A stretch of 64,000 bases of DNA. It comes from an uncultured Candidatus Binatia bacterium (lineage in GTDB: Bacteria; Desulfobacterota; Binatia; Bin18). The stretch covers positions 1,413,268 through 1,477,267 of the forward strand of contig OZ244620.1 of assembly GCA_965218395.1 (NCBI GenBank). Reading direction: 5' to 3'. Each line of letters starts with the position of its first letter. Position 1 is the stretch's first letter. The notes beneath the pieces were generated by a model. The model did no database searches and was not told where the DNA came from. It worked only from the letters and a program-made list of their open reading frames with translations. Below, piece by piece: positions 1 through 9,805 of the stretch. The position numbers were made by a program, and so were the translations under genes.

Positions 1-98
1 GCCGCGTCATCACAAAGATTATTCCTCAAAAGATCCAAGCCTGGGACTTCTCGAAGGCACCCATGGGCTATGTAGAGTGAAGCGCAAGGAGGTACGGT

Positions 99-1007
99 AT
101 GGCACGTTCTTTCACTGTAGCAGCAGCCCAGCTCGGGCCGAGTTCCAGCACCAAGGCCCAGACCGTCGAACGCATGGTCGGGCTGATTCAGGAAGCCGGA
201 CGGCGCGACGTCGAACTGCTGACCTTTTCCGAGCTTTCCCTGACCCCGTATTTTGCCACGCGGGTGCGCGCAGCCTGGCAGGATTTCCTCGAAGACGGTC
301 AGCCTTCAGCCGTGACCCAGCCCCTTTTTGAGGCCGGGCGTCAGGCTGGACTGCACTGGGTCTTTCCCTTTGCCGAGCGCGAAAACGGCCAGGTGTATAA
401 TACCGCGGTGCTCGTCGATCCGGCGGGAATAATTGTCCAGAAATACCGCAAGGCGCATATTCCCGGCGTGGTCGAGCCGCGGGGCCAGGAGCTCGATATT
501 TTCGAAAAGCGCTATTTTACCGAGGGGAATCTGGGCTTTCCGGTGACGGCTCTGCGTACCGGTGAGTCGGCCAGGCTGGGCATGCTCATCTGTTACGACC
601 GGCGGTTCTCAGAGGCATATCGGGCGCTCGCACTCGAAGGGGCCGAGCTGATCTGCATTCCCTATAATACGCCCACGTTTGGCCGCCCCCCAGAAGAAGG
701 TCACGAAACCGCCGAAATTCTCCTGCGCGCCGCCGCCATAGAGAATCAGGTCTTTATTGTCGCGGCCGGCAAGGCCGGCGTCGAAGATGGCGTCGAGTAT
801 ATCGGGGGCAGCGAGGTCATCTCGCCCGAAGGCAAAATATTGGCTAAAGCCCAGACCGCTGGAGATGAACTGGTCGTCACCACGATCGACCTGGACGCGC
901 TCGCACGGCTCAAAGCCCGCTGGGATTTCATGCCGGACCGCCGGCCGGAGCTGTATCAAACCCTCGCCGACAAGGACCGTACCGCCGCTACGTCAACGGG
1001 AAAGTGA
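99..1007 (+). CDS. Carbon-nitrogen hydrolase family protein (nitrilase / N-carbamoyl-amino-acid amidohydrolase-like)
   Basis: 302 aa ORF. Translation carries the CN-hydrolase signature (catalytic Glu in FSELSLT, Lys, Cys in MLICYD); typical length. Confidence 0.8.
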   Translation: MARSFTVAAAQLGPSSSTKAQTVERMVGLIQEAGRRDVELLTFSELSLTPYFATRVRAAWQDFLEDGQPSAVTQPLFEAGRQAGLHWVFPFAERENGQVYNTAVLVDPAGIIVQKYRKAHIPGVVEPRGQELDIFEKRYFTEGNLGFPVTALRTGESARLGMLICYDRRFSEAYRALALEGAELICIPYNTPTFGRPPEEGHETAEILLRAAAIENQVFIVAAGKAGVEDGVEYIGGSEVISPEGKILAKAQTAGDELVVTTIDLDALARLKARWDFMPDRRPELYQTLADKDRTAATSTGK

Positions 1008-1054
1008 GGGCATCAGTATGCTCGCCTATGCGTAAAGCAGTGGAAGAAATAACG

Positions 1055-2113
1055 ATGCAAGCCGAGCAAAACACATCCGAGCGCCGAGCGCGATGTCCCG
1101 CGTCTGACGAAGACATCCCGATCCTTGACCTGGGTCCATTCCTCGCGGGCGAAGACGGAGCGGCCGAAAAGACTGCGGCGGAACTCCGCTCCGCGCTCGA
1201 ACAGATCGGCTTCTTCTATATTCTGAACCACGGCGTTCCCGAAAATCTGCGCGACCATCTGATTGAGCAAACCGCGGCGTTCTACCGCCTGCCGCTTGAG
1301 CGCAAGCTGCCGCTCAAGATGAACGCCTACGGGGTCGGCTATGTACCCAGGCGGGGCGAGTTGCTCAAAACCTCACCGTATTACACCGGCACGAAAAAAC
1401 CCGATGTGTGCGAAGCCCTGATTCTGCAACGCGACTGGGGACCGGGCTCGGAAACGCGGCAGAACCCGTGGCCGGACCATCTGCCGCTGTTTCGGCAGGC
1501 GGTTCAGGATTTTTTTGAGGCCACGGAAGATCTGGCGATTCAGATGCTGCCGCTGTACGCCTTGGCGCTGGGGCTTGAGCGCGACTTCTTTGCGCACAAG
1601 TTCCGCAAATATAAAGCCCTCAACGCTCTGCGGGTTTCGTATATGCCGCCGGATAGGCTGGCTGACGACGAGTTCAACGTCGGCCCGCATACGGACGGTT
1701 CATTCATGACCCTGCTGGCAACCTCGGATCAGCTCGGCCTGGAAATTCTGTCGCCGTCCGGCCGATGGCTGAAGATGCCGCTCATTCCGAATGCCTTTGT
1801 GGTCAACGCGGGCGACCTGTTGACCCGCTGGTCCAACGGGCGGGTCCGTTCCACACCGCACCGGGTCATCAACACCTCAGGGCAGGACCGTTATTCGATA
1901 CCCCTCTTTGTGCAGCCCACGGCGCACACGCTCATCGACTGCCTGCCAACCTGCTGCGGCCCGGACCATCCGCCCCAGGAGCCGCCCATCGCCTGTGTCG
2001 ATTACCTCCAGTGGTTTATGGAAGAGAATTTTGCCCTGGGAGAGCGCAGCTACGACAGGCCGGAGTCGTCACAGGTCTCTCGGGAAAGGGACAGGCTTCA
2101 GCCACCACAATGA
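1055..2113 (+). CDS. 2-oxoglutarate/Fe(II)-dependent oxygenase (isopenicillin N synthase-like family)
   Basis: Start trimmed to ATG at 1055 (MQAEQ). Has IPILDL N-terminal motif, HTD...H iron-binding pattern and RYSIPLF C-terminal motif typical of 2OG oxygenases. Confidence 0.7.
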   Translation: MQAEQNTSERRARCPASDEDIPILDLGPFLAGEDGAAEKTAAELRSALEQIGFFYILNHGVPENLRDHLIEQTAAFYRLPLERKLPLKMNAYGVGYVPRRGELLKTSPYYTGTKKPDVCEALILQRDWGPGSETRQNPWPDHLPLFRQAVQDFFEATEDLAIQMLPLYALALGLERDFFAHKFRKYKALNALRVSYMPPDRLADDEFNVGPHTDGSFMTLLATSDQLGLEILSPSGRWLKMPLIPNAFVVNAGDLLTRWSNGRVRSTPHRVINTSGQDRYSIPLFVQPTAHTLIDCLPTCCGPDHPPQEPPIACVDYLQWFMEENFALGERSYDRPESSQVSRERDRLQPPQ

Positions 2114-2427
2114 CCCACACCCCCATCGGACGACTGCGCCTGGTCGGCATTCTGGAAGGTATCTCCTTTCTCGTGCTGCTCGGTATTGCCATGCCGCTCA
2201 AATATGTATGCGGACAGCCGCTGACGGTGCGGATTGTCGGTCTGATTCATGGCGTCCTGTTTCTCTGGTTTTGCGGCGTATTGCTCAACGCAAAAGATGC
2301 GGCCGGCTGGGGCCTGAAAAAAGCCGGTCGGATTCTCGTCGCCGCGCTGTTGCCTTTTGGACCCTTTGTGATTGATAGGAGCTTACGCAGAGAAGATGAG
2401 GCGCTGAGAGAAAAAACACCGGCCTAG
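2110..2427 (+). CDS. DUF3817-family small membrane protein
   Basis: ATG at 2110 overlaps the upstream stop (ATGA). About 105 aa with predicted TM helices (LVGILEGISFLVLLGIAMPLKY). Confidence 0.55.
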   Translation: MTHTPIGRLRLVGILEGISFLVLLGIAMPLKYVCGQPLTVRIVGLIHGVLFLWFCGVLLNAKDAAGWGLKKAGRILVAALLPFGPFVIDRSLRREDEALREKTPA

Positions 2428-2441
2428 AAAAGGAGAAAACC

Positions 2442-3308
2442 ATGCAAACGATCAGCAAAGAGCATATTGTCCGCACCTTTGACGCCACCCATCCACCGGC
2501 GGCCCGCGTCCAGCCGGGCGAGGTCTTTGTCATGGAAACCAACGATCGCTTCCGGGATTGGAACGACGGCGGTCAGTGGCCCATGGAGCAGTTGTCCGTG
2601 ATGACCGGCCCGGTTTGGATCGAGGGCGCCCAGCCCGGCCATACCCTGGCCATCGAGGTCCTGGACATCCGGCCCGCGCTGGGCTTTGGCTATGTGGTGG
2701 CGATTCCGGGCTACGGTTTACTCAAGGACCAGGTCGAGTTCTGCAAAAAGGTCGTGCCGATTGAGGGCAATCGTATTCGCTACAACGACACGATCAGCCT
2801 GCCGTTTATTCCGAATATCAGTAAGATTGGCCTGGCTCCCGCCGACGGCTCCCGCCCCAGCAACGCGGTCGGCGCTTTTGGCGGCCAGCTCAGCAATAGT
2901 CAGCTCGGCAGCGGTTCCACTGTGTTTTTGCCGGTGAGTGTCGAGGGCGGCCTGCTGACCATAGAAGACGTGCATGCCCGGATGGGCGATGGCGAGGCCA
3001 CCGCTTCGGCGGTTGAAATCGCGGCGGAGGTGACGCTGCGCTGTCGCGTCGCGCACGAGTTTCCGTTGCAGCGGCCGCTGGTGATCACGCAGGATGAAGT
3101 CCTCACCATGGGTGATGGGGAGACGGCCGAAGTCGCCGCCCGGCAGGCCCTGGAAGACCTGTCCCAGCTCTTGGTGGAGCGCGCCGGGGTCAACCCAACC
3201 GAAGCCGCCATGCTGGCCAGCGTTGCCGCCGACCTGCGCATCTCAGAAATGGCGGGCTCCCCGTGTCATGTGCGGGCCGCAATAGACCGGGACATTCTCA
3301 ATTTATAA
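2442..3308 (+). CDS. Acetamidase/formamidase family amidohydrolase (FmdA/AmdA)
   Basis: 288 aa ORF. N-terminal motif pattern (VQPGEVFVMETND...WPMEQ...GPVWIEGAQPGHTLAIEV) characteristic of the FmdA_AmdA family. RBS GGAGAAAACC upstream. Confidence 0.75.
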   Translation: MQTISKEHIVRTFDATHPPAARVQPGEVFVMETNDRFRDWNDGGQWPMEQLSVMTGPVWIEGAQPGHTLAIEVLDIRPALGFGYVVAIPGYGLLKDQVEFCKKVVPIEGNRIRYNDTISLPFIPNISKIGLAPADGSRPSNAVGAFGGQLSNSQLGSGSTVFLPVSVEGGLLTIEDVHARMGDGEATASAVEIAAEVTLRCRVAHEFPLQRPLVITQDEVLTMGDGETAEVAARQALEDLSQLLVERAGVNPTEAAMLASVAADLRISEMAGSPCHVRAAIDRDILNL

Positions 3309-3330
3309 ATGGTCGGACTGGTAGAAGAGT

Positions 3331-3567
3331 ATGGGAGCATCAAGAATCGCCATTCATATCGATGAGACGTTGTTGACTCGCCTCGATCAACTTGTTCAGA
3401 CCCGTGTTTTTCCGAGTCGAAGCAAGATTATCCAAGAAGCGATAAGAGAAAAACTCGAACGATTTGACCGAGGTCGCCTCGTCCGCGAATGCAAGAAACT
3501 CGACCGGCAGTTTGAGCAGGTGTTGGCAGAAGAAGGGCTGGATGACGAAGAATGGCCCGGATATTGA
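3331..3567 (+). CDS. Ribbon-helix-helix (CopG-like) antitoxin
   Basis: 78 aa ORF directly upstream of and overlapping a MazF-like gene by 16 bp. N-terminal beta-strand [14 protein letters not shown] is typical of RHH proteins. Confidence 0.6.
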   Translation: MGASRIAIHIDETLLTRLDQLVQTRVFPSRSKIIQEAIREKLERFDRGRLVRECKKLDRQFEQVLAEEGLDDEEWPGY

Positions 3568-3890
3568 GGGGTGAAATCCGCTGGGCCAACCTGAGCCCGG
3601 TCCGAGGGCGGGAACAGGCGGGACGGCACCCAGTCCTCATTCTGAGCCAGGATATTTTTAATGAGCATTCTGGGACAGTGATCGCTATGGCCCTGACAAG
3701 TCAGCCACAGCGAGCCGGCTTCCCCCTTACGCTGGAACTTCACTCGCCCGTACTACCAAAGCAATCCTGGGTAAAGATCAGTCAGATTCGGACCCTGTCG
3801 GTAGAGCGAATTGGAAGAAAATTAGGCCAGGTCCCAGCCGAAGAGCTCGCCCGAGCTATTGAAGGCCTGAATGAAATCATAGGAGGCTGA
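3552..3890 (+). CDS. mazF: MazF/PemK family type II toxin endoribonuclease
   Basis: 112 aa ORF with the PemK signature ([32 protein letters not shown]...VIAMALTS). Confidence 0.7.
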   Translation: MARILRGEIRWANLSPVRGREQAGRHPVLILSQDIFNEHSGTVIAMALTSQPQRAGFPLTLELHSPVLPKQSWVKISQIRTLSVERIGRKLGQVPAEELARAIEGLNEIIGG

Positions 3891-3946
3891 TCCACGCCAG
3901 GCAGGCGGTCGTCACTGGAAAAGATATTTGGATTGGTGGACGACGC

Positions 3947-4561
3947 TTACTTCTTCGGGGCCTGCCCGAACGAGCCGCTGCCGGAGTCCAGAAACGCCTG
4001 CTCTTCCGGGGTGGACCTTCGTCCGAGCAGGACGTTGCGGTGCGGGAAGCGACCGAAGCGCCGAATAAGAGCAAGATGCTTGCAGGCCGAGCCCTGAAAA
4101 TCCTCGATCAGTGCTGCCCACTCCGGGGGAGCAGTCGCCAGCACAGCATCGCCTCGACGCACCGCTTCTTCTTGGAGCGTCAGGTCCTCGGCGTGCTGGA
4201 ACGGCATCAAACAAAACAGTTGCTCCAGCACGCTCAAAGAGGCAGGAAAGCCGCGCTCAAAGCCGCGCCGGGTGACGTGTTGGGCGAACGAATCGGCCGC
4301 AAAGGCCGCGGCCGTGCCGCGATAGAGATTCCGCGGCAACTGATCCAGGGCGATAATCAGCGCCAGCCACCCTCGGGGGTGGGATTCCCAGGACGCCAAT
4401 CCGCCGGACCGGGCTTGTATCACGAGATCGGAAAAGCGGGTTCTGATGACGGCATCGGTTTCGGGTGTGGCCTGAAACCAAAAAGGATAACGCTCTTCGG
4501 CCTTGCGCGCGTCCGAAGCCGCATCGGCGAACCAGAACTGGAGCAGTTGTTCGGGGTCCAT
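3947..4561 (-). CDS. DUF924 family protein
   Basis: 204 aa ORF. WF...RF...AL..LDQ.PRN motif arrangement typical of DUF924. Confidence 0.55.
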   Translation of the reverse strand: MDPEQLLQFWFADAASDARKAEERYPFWFQATPETDAVIRTRFSDLVIQARSGGLASWESHPRGWLALIIALDQLPRNLYRGTAAAFAADSFAQHVTRRGFERGFPASLSVLEQLFCLMPFQHAEDLTLQEEAVRRGDAVLATAPPEWAALIEDFQGSACKHLALIRRFGRFPHRNVLLGRRSTPEEQAFLDSGSGSFGQAPKK

Positions 4562-4581
4562 AGGCGTGCGGATTATCCACT

Positions 4582-5235
4582 TTATCGGAGCACTCTGACG
4601 GTCTGACCGTCTTGAACCAGCACGGTCGGGTCCATCCCCACAAACAGCCCGCTGCCAACCACGCCGGGAATCGAGAGGATGTGTTGCTCAAATTCGGCAG
4701 GATTGGCAATCGGACCGATCGCGCAGTCAATAATGGCGTTGTCGTTATCGGAGACAAACGCCCCCGATTCGGTCTGCCGCGGGGTGGGCGCGCAGGACAG
4801 GGCGCGCAGACGGCGGCAGCAGGGCGTGACTCCGAACGGCACGACTTCAACCGGCAGCCTGCCCCGCTCGCCGAGCACGGACACCAGCTTTTCGGTGCCC
4901 ACCAGCACGATGAATTTCCGGGCCGCGGCAGCCACGATTTTTTCGCGCACCAGGGCCCCGCCATAGCCTTTGATGAGGTTCCGGTCGGGGTCAACCTCAT
5001 CCGCGCCATCAACGGCAATATCGATGCTCTCGACTGCCTCAAAAGTCGTGAGGGGAATGCCAAGCTCCTGGGCGAGCGCCAGCGTGACTCGGGAGGTCGG
5101 AAGCCCACGAATACGTAAGCCGGTACGCACCCGAGCGCCAAGCGCGCGCACGAAGGCGGTCGCGGCCCGGCCCGTGCCCAGACCGACGACATCTCCGTCT
5201 TTTACAAATTCGAGGGCGCGTTCAGCGATAGTCAT
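4582..5235 (-). CDS. rpiA: Ribose-5-phosphate isomerase A
   Basis: 217 aa ORF with RpiA motifs (GLGTGRAA, DGADEVD, KGYGGALVREKIV). Confidence 0.85.
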   Translation of the reverse strand: MTIAERALEFVKDGDVVGLGTGRAATAFVRALGARVRTGLRIRGLPTSRVTLALAQELGIPLTTFEAVESIDIAVDGADEVDPDRNLIKGYGGALVREKIVAAAARKFIVLVGTEKLVSVLGERGRLPVEVVPFGVTPCCRRLRALSCAPTPRQTESGAFVSDNDNAIIDCAIGPIANPAEFEQHILSIPGVVGSGLFVGMDPTVLVQDGQTVRVLR

Positions 5236-5264
5236 GCCTTGCTCTGCTGTGTCGGGAGAAACCC

Positions 5265-8126
5265 CTAGGCCAGGGCTTGCGTAATGGTCTCGCGCAGGGT
5301 TTGCAAGCCGGCGTGCACGTCCGGTCCGAGGTGCACGCGTAGCGCCCGCCGTCCCCGTTCGGCCAGCACCGCAAAGTCGCCTTGGGCCTGGAAGCGTTTC
5401 AGCGTACCAAAACTGTAACCCTGGCCGGGAATGTCCAGGTCGTTGGCGTCGTCTGACGTAATCTGGAGAAACACGCCGGAGTTGGGACCGCCCTTATGCA
5501 GTTGGCCGGTGGAATGCAGGAAGCGTGGCCCAAAACCGAGGGTGGTGGCCACGCTCTTCGCGTCCCGGACGGCGCGGCGCAGGGCTTGCAATTCGGCGCA
5601 GGTTGCCTCGTTCATTTCAATATAGGCATTAATGGCAAAATAATCGCCGGCCTGAATCCGCCCGAGATGCGCGCCAAGCAGGGCTACCGCGTCCTGGCAG
5701 GCTGCTGCTTGCAGAGCTTGCGTATTTGCTGCATCCGAGAAGAAGCGCAGCCCCCGGTCTGCTAAAAACGGCGTCTCGTCCGGCACCTGGCCGGTCTCTT
5801 CAAACGTCGCGGTCAGTTGTCGGGTGGCCCTTTTACTGGCTTCCACGTCCGGCTGGTTAAAGGCGTGAATCCCGAGCAGGGCGCTGGCCACGGCCGTCGC
5901 CATCTCCCAGCGGAAAAATTCCTGGCCCAGGCTGAGCGTGTCTTCGAGACTGATACGCACGACCGGCTGGCCGGCTTTTTCGAGCGCGTCCATAGCCGCA
6001 TCCTGCTCGGCCGCAGGCGCGCTGTTGAGTCGAATATAGATAAAGAGCCGATCCCGGCCATAGACCTCGGGCGGACCCAGGGTCTCGGCGTCAATCGGGA
6101 TAAGCCCCTGCCCCTGCTTGCCGGTCGATTCGGCGATGAGCTGCTCCAGCCACGCGCCTAGGGCGTCGATGCCCGGCGAGGTCACGAGCGTCACTTTGTC
6201 TCGGCCGTGTTGCGCCAGGGTGCCCATAATCGTTCCCAGCGTGACACCGGGATTGACCTCGGGCGGCACACTCGCCGAGCAGGCCTGGACCATCAGGGCG
6301 GAACTGTCCAGGAAACGCTGGACATCGAGGCCCATCAGGGCAGCCGGGCCCATGCCAAAATTCGACAGGGCCGAATACCGGCCGCCGATGCTTGGCACCC
6401 CCGACAAGATGGAACGGAACTGACGCTGTTCGGCAAACTGTTGGAGCGGGCTGTCGGGATCGGTAATGGCGATGAACCGCGCACCGGCTTTGTCCGCGCC
6501 AAGAGCCTGGACGACTTGGTCAAAGAAATATTGCGTGAAGACATTCGGCTCGGTCGTCCCACCCGACTTTGAGGAGACAATAAACAGCGTCTTCCTAGGA
6601 TCGATTTTTTGCGCACAGGCTCTGACTTGAGCCGGCACAGTCGAGTCGAGAACGAGGAGTTCAGGGCGGCCGTCCAGCACGCCGAAGGTGCGTTTCAGAA
6701 CCTCCGGGCACAGGCTCGAACCGCCCATGCCAAGCAGGAGGATATGCTGAAAGTCACCGGCCTTGATCTCTTCGGCGAGTTGAATGAGGGGGAGAATGTT
6801 CGTCCGCTGCGCCTCCACGATATCGAGCCAACCAAGCCACTGATTCTCGTCCTTTCCAGACCAGAGCGCCGGGTCCTTGTGCCATAAGCGCCGAACTTTC
6901 CCCTGTGTCCGCCAGTCTTTCAGGCTGGCTTCGACGAGAGCGGACGCACCGTCCAGGCTATACGTCTGCTGGGCCAGCTCACTGCCCAGCATGGCCTGGC
7001 GCTTGCGCTCGATTGAACCGAGCAGAGTGTCAAACGGTTCAACAAATTTACGCACGGCTTCATCCAGGAGTTGGCCGGTCGCAGCTTGCAGAGACACTCC
7101 GACCTCAGCCAAGGTACTGATGATAGTCTGTGCGTTCGCCAGGTTTTCTTCCCAGTTGGCGGTCAGCCGTGACTCGACCCGGCCGCCATCCCGGAAGGCC
7201 GTAAAGGTTTCGCCCGGCATGGTATTGACGGTGTCCGGGCCAATCAGTTCGTCAACATAGAGCGTCTTGGAATAGCGCGGGTTTTTCGTGCTCGTGCTGG
7301 CCCATAAGAGGCGTTGCGGTCGCGCGCCGTGTGCTTCGAGAGCCCGCCAGCGCTCGCTGGCCATCAGATTTTTATACGCGGCATAGGCAATTTTTGCGTT
7401 CGCAATGGCGACTTTTCCGAGCAGGTTTTCGATTGTGGCCTTTTGCTCGGCACTGTCTGCGGTCTCAATAGCCTGGCTGAGCTTTTGGTCGATCAGGGTG
7501 TCGATGCGACTGATGAAAAAGCTGGCGACACTCGCCACCGTGCTCAGGTCTCCACCCCTTTGAGAGAGTTGCTCCAAGCCGTCCAAATACGCCTCGGCGA
7601 CCGCTTCATACGCTTCGACCGCAAAGAGCAGGGTCACATTGATATTGATTCCTTCACCAATTAACTGGGCGATGGCCGGCACGCCGGCTTGGGTGGCCGG
7701 CACCTTAATCATGACATTGGCCCGATCGACCATTGTGTACAGACGCCGGGCTTCTTCGAGGGTCGCTTGGGTGTCATGGGCCAGATAGGGCGAGACCTCA
7801 AGGCTGACATAGCCGTCTTTGCCCTCGGTTTTCCGATACACCTCAAACAACACGTCCGCGGCCAGCCGGATGTCCTGAATCGCCAGACGCTCATACACGT
7901 CCAGGGCCGACCCCACCCCCTGTTCGACCAGGGCCTGCATGGGTTGATCGTAATCGGCACTACCCGTCAGCGCCTTCTCAAAAATAGCCGGATTCGACGT
8001 CATGCCGAGCAGGCCGTCGTGCTCGACCATGGCCCGGAGATCACCGGAAGTGATAAGGCTGCGCTGGATATTGTCATACCAGATACTTTGACCCAATTGC
8101 TGGACAGCAACCAATGGATTTTCCAT
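5265..8126 (-). CDS. Bifunctional transaldolase / glucose-6-phosphate isomerase (fused Tal-Pgi)
   Basis: Start trimmed to MENPLVA (ATG at 8126). N-terminal about 380 aa is transaldolase-like (SIWYDN, TSNPAIF, active-site Lys region). C-terminal about 550 aa carries PGI motifs (ILLLGMGGSSL, SKSGGTTE). Single uninterrupted ORF. Confidence 0.85.
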   Translation of the reverse strand: MENPLVAVQQLGQSIWYDNIQRSLITSGDLRAMVEHDGLLGMTSNPAIFEKALTGSADYDQPMQALVEQGVGSALDVYERLAIQDIRLAADVLFEVYRKTEGKDGYVSLEVSPYLAHDTQATLEEARRLYTMVDRANVMIKVPATQAGVPAIAQLIGEGININVTLLFAVEAYEAVAEAYLDGLEQLSQRGGDLSTVASVASFFISRIDTLIDQKLSQAIETADSAEQKATIENLLGKVAIANAKIAYAAYKNLMASERWRALEAHGARPQRLLWASTSTKNPRYSKTLYVDELIGPDTVNTMPGETFTAFRDGGRVESRLTANWEENLANAQTIISTLAEVGVSLQAATGQLLDEAVRKFVEPFDTLLGSIERKRQAMLGSELAQQTYSLDGASALVEASLKDWRTQGKVRRLWHKDPALWSGKDENQWLGWLDIVEAQRTNILPLIQLAEEIKAGDFQHILLLGMGGSSLCPEVLKRTFGVLDGRPELLVLDSTVPAQVRACAQKIDPRKTLFIVSSKSGGTTEPNVFTQYFFDQVVQALGADKAGARFIAITDPDSPLQQFAEQRQFRSILSGVPSIGGRYSALSNFGMGPAALMGLDVQRFLDSSALMVQACSASVPPEVNPGVTLGTIMGTLAQHGRDKVTLVTSPGIDALGAWLEQLIAESTGKQGQGLIPIDAETLGPPEVYGRDRLFIYIRLNSAPAAEQDAAMDALEKAGQPVVRISLEDTLSLGQEFFRWEMATAVASALLGIHAFNQPDVEASKRATRQLTATFEETGQVPDETPFLADRGLRFFSDAANTQALQAAACQDAVALLGAHLGRIQAGDYFAINAYIEMNEATCAELQALRRAVRDAKSVATTLGFGPRFLHSTGQLHKGGPNSGVFLQITSDDANDLDIPGQGYSFGTLKRFQAQGDFAVLAERGRRALRVHLGPDVHAGLQTLRETITQALA

Positions 8127-8290
8127 GCTCTTCCTCGTCCTTCCCCTCACCCCAGGCACTCATTCCTACCGGGTAGGGCCTGAATGGCATTGGCGATCCG
8201 CACGACCCACCCTCTTCTAGCATAGCTCCTTTCGCGTCGGCAAAGGGGGCGGGGATGTCGGCTTACGCCTCGCCAGCCTGCCCGCTTGAG

Positions 8291-8333
8291 CTGACGATTG
8301 GACTGGGCCATACTGAGCCAGTCCAATCGTCAG
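8291..8333. promoter_or_regulatory. Perfect 16-bp inverted repeat (ctgacgattggactgg / ccagtccaatcgtcag), candidate operator or hairpin
   Basis: Read directly from the sequence. Arms at 8291-8306 and 8318-8333 with an 11-nt loop, about 40 bp upstream of the hicB start, in the divergent region between tal-pgi and hicB. Confidence 0.45.
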
Positions 8334-8372
8334 GACCAATGCCCGTCCATACCGACCCAGGGGGAGCACCCA

Positions 8373-8585
8373 ATGAGCGCGGAATACACTATCGTTATCG
8401 AGAAGGATGAAGACGGCTATTACGTGGGGAGTGTTCCCGCCCTTCCGGGCTGCCATACTCAGGGCTCGTCCATTGACCAGTTGCTCGAACGGATGCAAGA
8501 GGCAATCGCACTCTGGCTTGAGGTTGAGGGTGAAGACGCGTCAAGTCCACTTGAACTGGTCGGTGTACAAAGAATCTCTGTATGA
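8373..8585 (+). CDS. hicB: HicB family antitoxin
   Basis: Start trimmed to MSAEYTIV. EYTIVIEKDEDGYYVGSVPALPGCHTQG is the HicB/UPF0150 RNase H-like fold signature. 4-bp overlap (ATGA) with the downstream hicA. Confidence 0.65.
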   Translation: MSAEYTIVIEKDEDGYYVGSVPALPGCHTQGSSIDQLLERMQEAIALWLEVEGEDASSPLELVGVQRISV

Positions 8586-8812
8586 CCAGACTGCCGCGCG
8601 TGACGGGTGCCCATGTGATCCGCTCTCTGCGGAAGGTCGGTTTTGAGGTTGTGAGGCAACGTGGGAGTCATGTGATTATGAAGCACCCGGATGGACGCGG
8701 CACGGTTGTGCCCATTCATAGTGGTGAAACGATCGGCGTTGGCCTTCTGTCCAAGATTCAGAAAGACATCGAGATTGATCGGGAGGCATTCATTGGTCTG
8801 CTCGGCAATTGA
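8582..8812 (+). CDS. hicA: HicA family toxin (mRNA interferase)
   Basis: 76 aa ORF. LRKVGFEVVRQRGSHVIMKHPDGR..VVPIH is the HicA/YcfA motif with the catalytic His. Confidence 0.65.
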   Translation: MTRLPRVTGAHVIRSLRKVGFEVVRQRGSHVIMKHPDGRGTVVPIHSGETIGVGLLSKIQKDIEIDREAFIGLLGN

Positions 8813-8890
8813 TACAGCGCCCATCGTTAATACCGGCGTTAATATCGAGCGGGAGAGGGCTGTCGGATTACGCTACGCCGACCTTCGGGG

Positions 8891-9805
8891 CTATAAAATT
8901 GGCAACTTCCGAGCAGTCTCCTGGCCTCGATTGAACCAGCCATTATCAGGGCCGATCATGAGAAATCCATCGACGTAGCTTATTTCTCCTCCATACCTGT
9001 CTCCCAAGGCAATCGATCCTAAAATTTTTAATATGCATCGTTCGCGAGTATTCAGCTTTCCTTCTTCATCTTTTCCTAAAGCTCGATCACGCTCTAAAGA
9101 GAACAATCCAACCGAACCAAAAACACCGCTACCACCGCCACAGTCGTAACATTCCACCATTTCGACCCCCGATGGGGAAGTCGCAACGTGTGAGTACATA
9201 AAGAACTCTCTTCCAGAACCTACCCATTCCACCCACGATCTTCCATTACGATCATTGATGTTAAATTCGCCATAGAATCGATTACTTCGATTTGTAGAAA
9301 CAATATCCACACCGACTATTGTTTCTGTGCTGTCAGATATCCATCCTAGCAACTCGCGAATTATCAAGGGATTAACGAACTCCTCACGGCAAAACGAATA
9401 CCGGCTTTGCTCAAGAGAAGATTGCATACCACCTTCCGATGATCCCAGAACATAGCTCACATTGCGAACGGCAAGACGTTCGATGTCCTCTTTGGATGCG
9501 AGATTCTGAAGAGTGTCGGCAATTTCTTTTGGTATAGAGGACACTTCAAGCGACTTCGCACATTTTTCATACCAAGCATCTCGTGCTTCTTGAATCTGCT
9601 TGCGCATCCGCGGATTGGCTCCGTACGTCACGTGACAGGAAGGACAGAGTGGGGCGGCGTTATCCTCGGTATCCGCTCCTCCTTCTACCTGCGGAATGAT
9701 GTGATGGACCTCCACGGGGAAGGAGTGGCATATGCAGCACTTATTCAGTGCGCGTTTACGAACCTTCGTTTTTAGTGCTTCTGAGAAAGGCATCTTAAAC
9801 TCCAT
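8891..9805 (-). CDS. HNH endonuclease domain protein with uncharacterised about 230-aa C-terminal domain
   Basis: N-terminal CCICH...HHIIP...DN..PLCPSCH matches the HNH motif; the rest has no family I recognise. Local GC is clearly lower than its flanks. Start choice (MEFKMPF) uncertain. Confidence 0.55.
   Translation of the reverse strand: MEFKMPFSEALKTKVRKRALNKCCICHSFPVEVHHIIPQVEGGADTEDNAAPLCPSCHVTYGANPRMRKQIQEARDAWYEKCAKSLEVSSIPKEIADTLQNLASKEDIERLAVRNVSYVLGSSEGGMQSSLEQSRYSFCREEFVNPLIIRELLGWISDSTETIVGVDIVSTNRSNRFYGEFNINDRNGRSWVEWVGSGREFFMYSHVATSPSGVEMVECYDCGGGSGVFGSVGLFSLERDRALGKDEEGKLNTRERCILKILGSIALGDRYGGEISYVDGFLMIGPDNGWFNRGQETARKLPIL

Noticed and set aside
1765-2110. 5-prime part of the 220-aa ORF 1765..2427, overlapping the 2OG oxygenase
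   Set aside because: An internal ATG at 2110 coincides with the stop of the upstream gene and gives a compact DUF3817 protein. The upstream extension is Arg/Pro-rich out-of-frame noise.
4257-5192. 311-aa minus-strand ORF and several 60-170-aa ORFs overlapping rpiA and DUF924
   Set aside because: High-GC genomes give long spurious ORFs in alternative frames. These overlap well-supported genes (RpiA) and have Arg/Pro/Ala-rich low-complexity translations.
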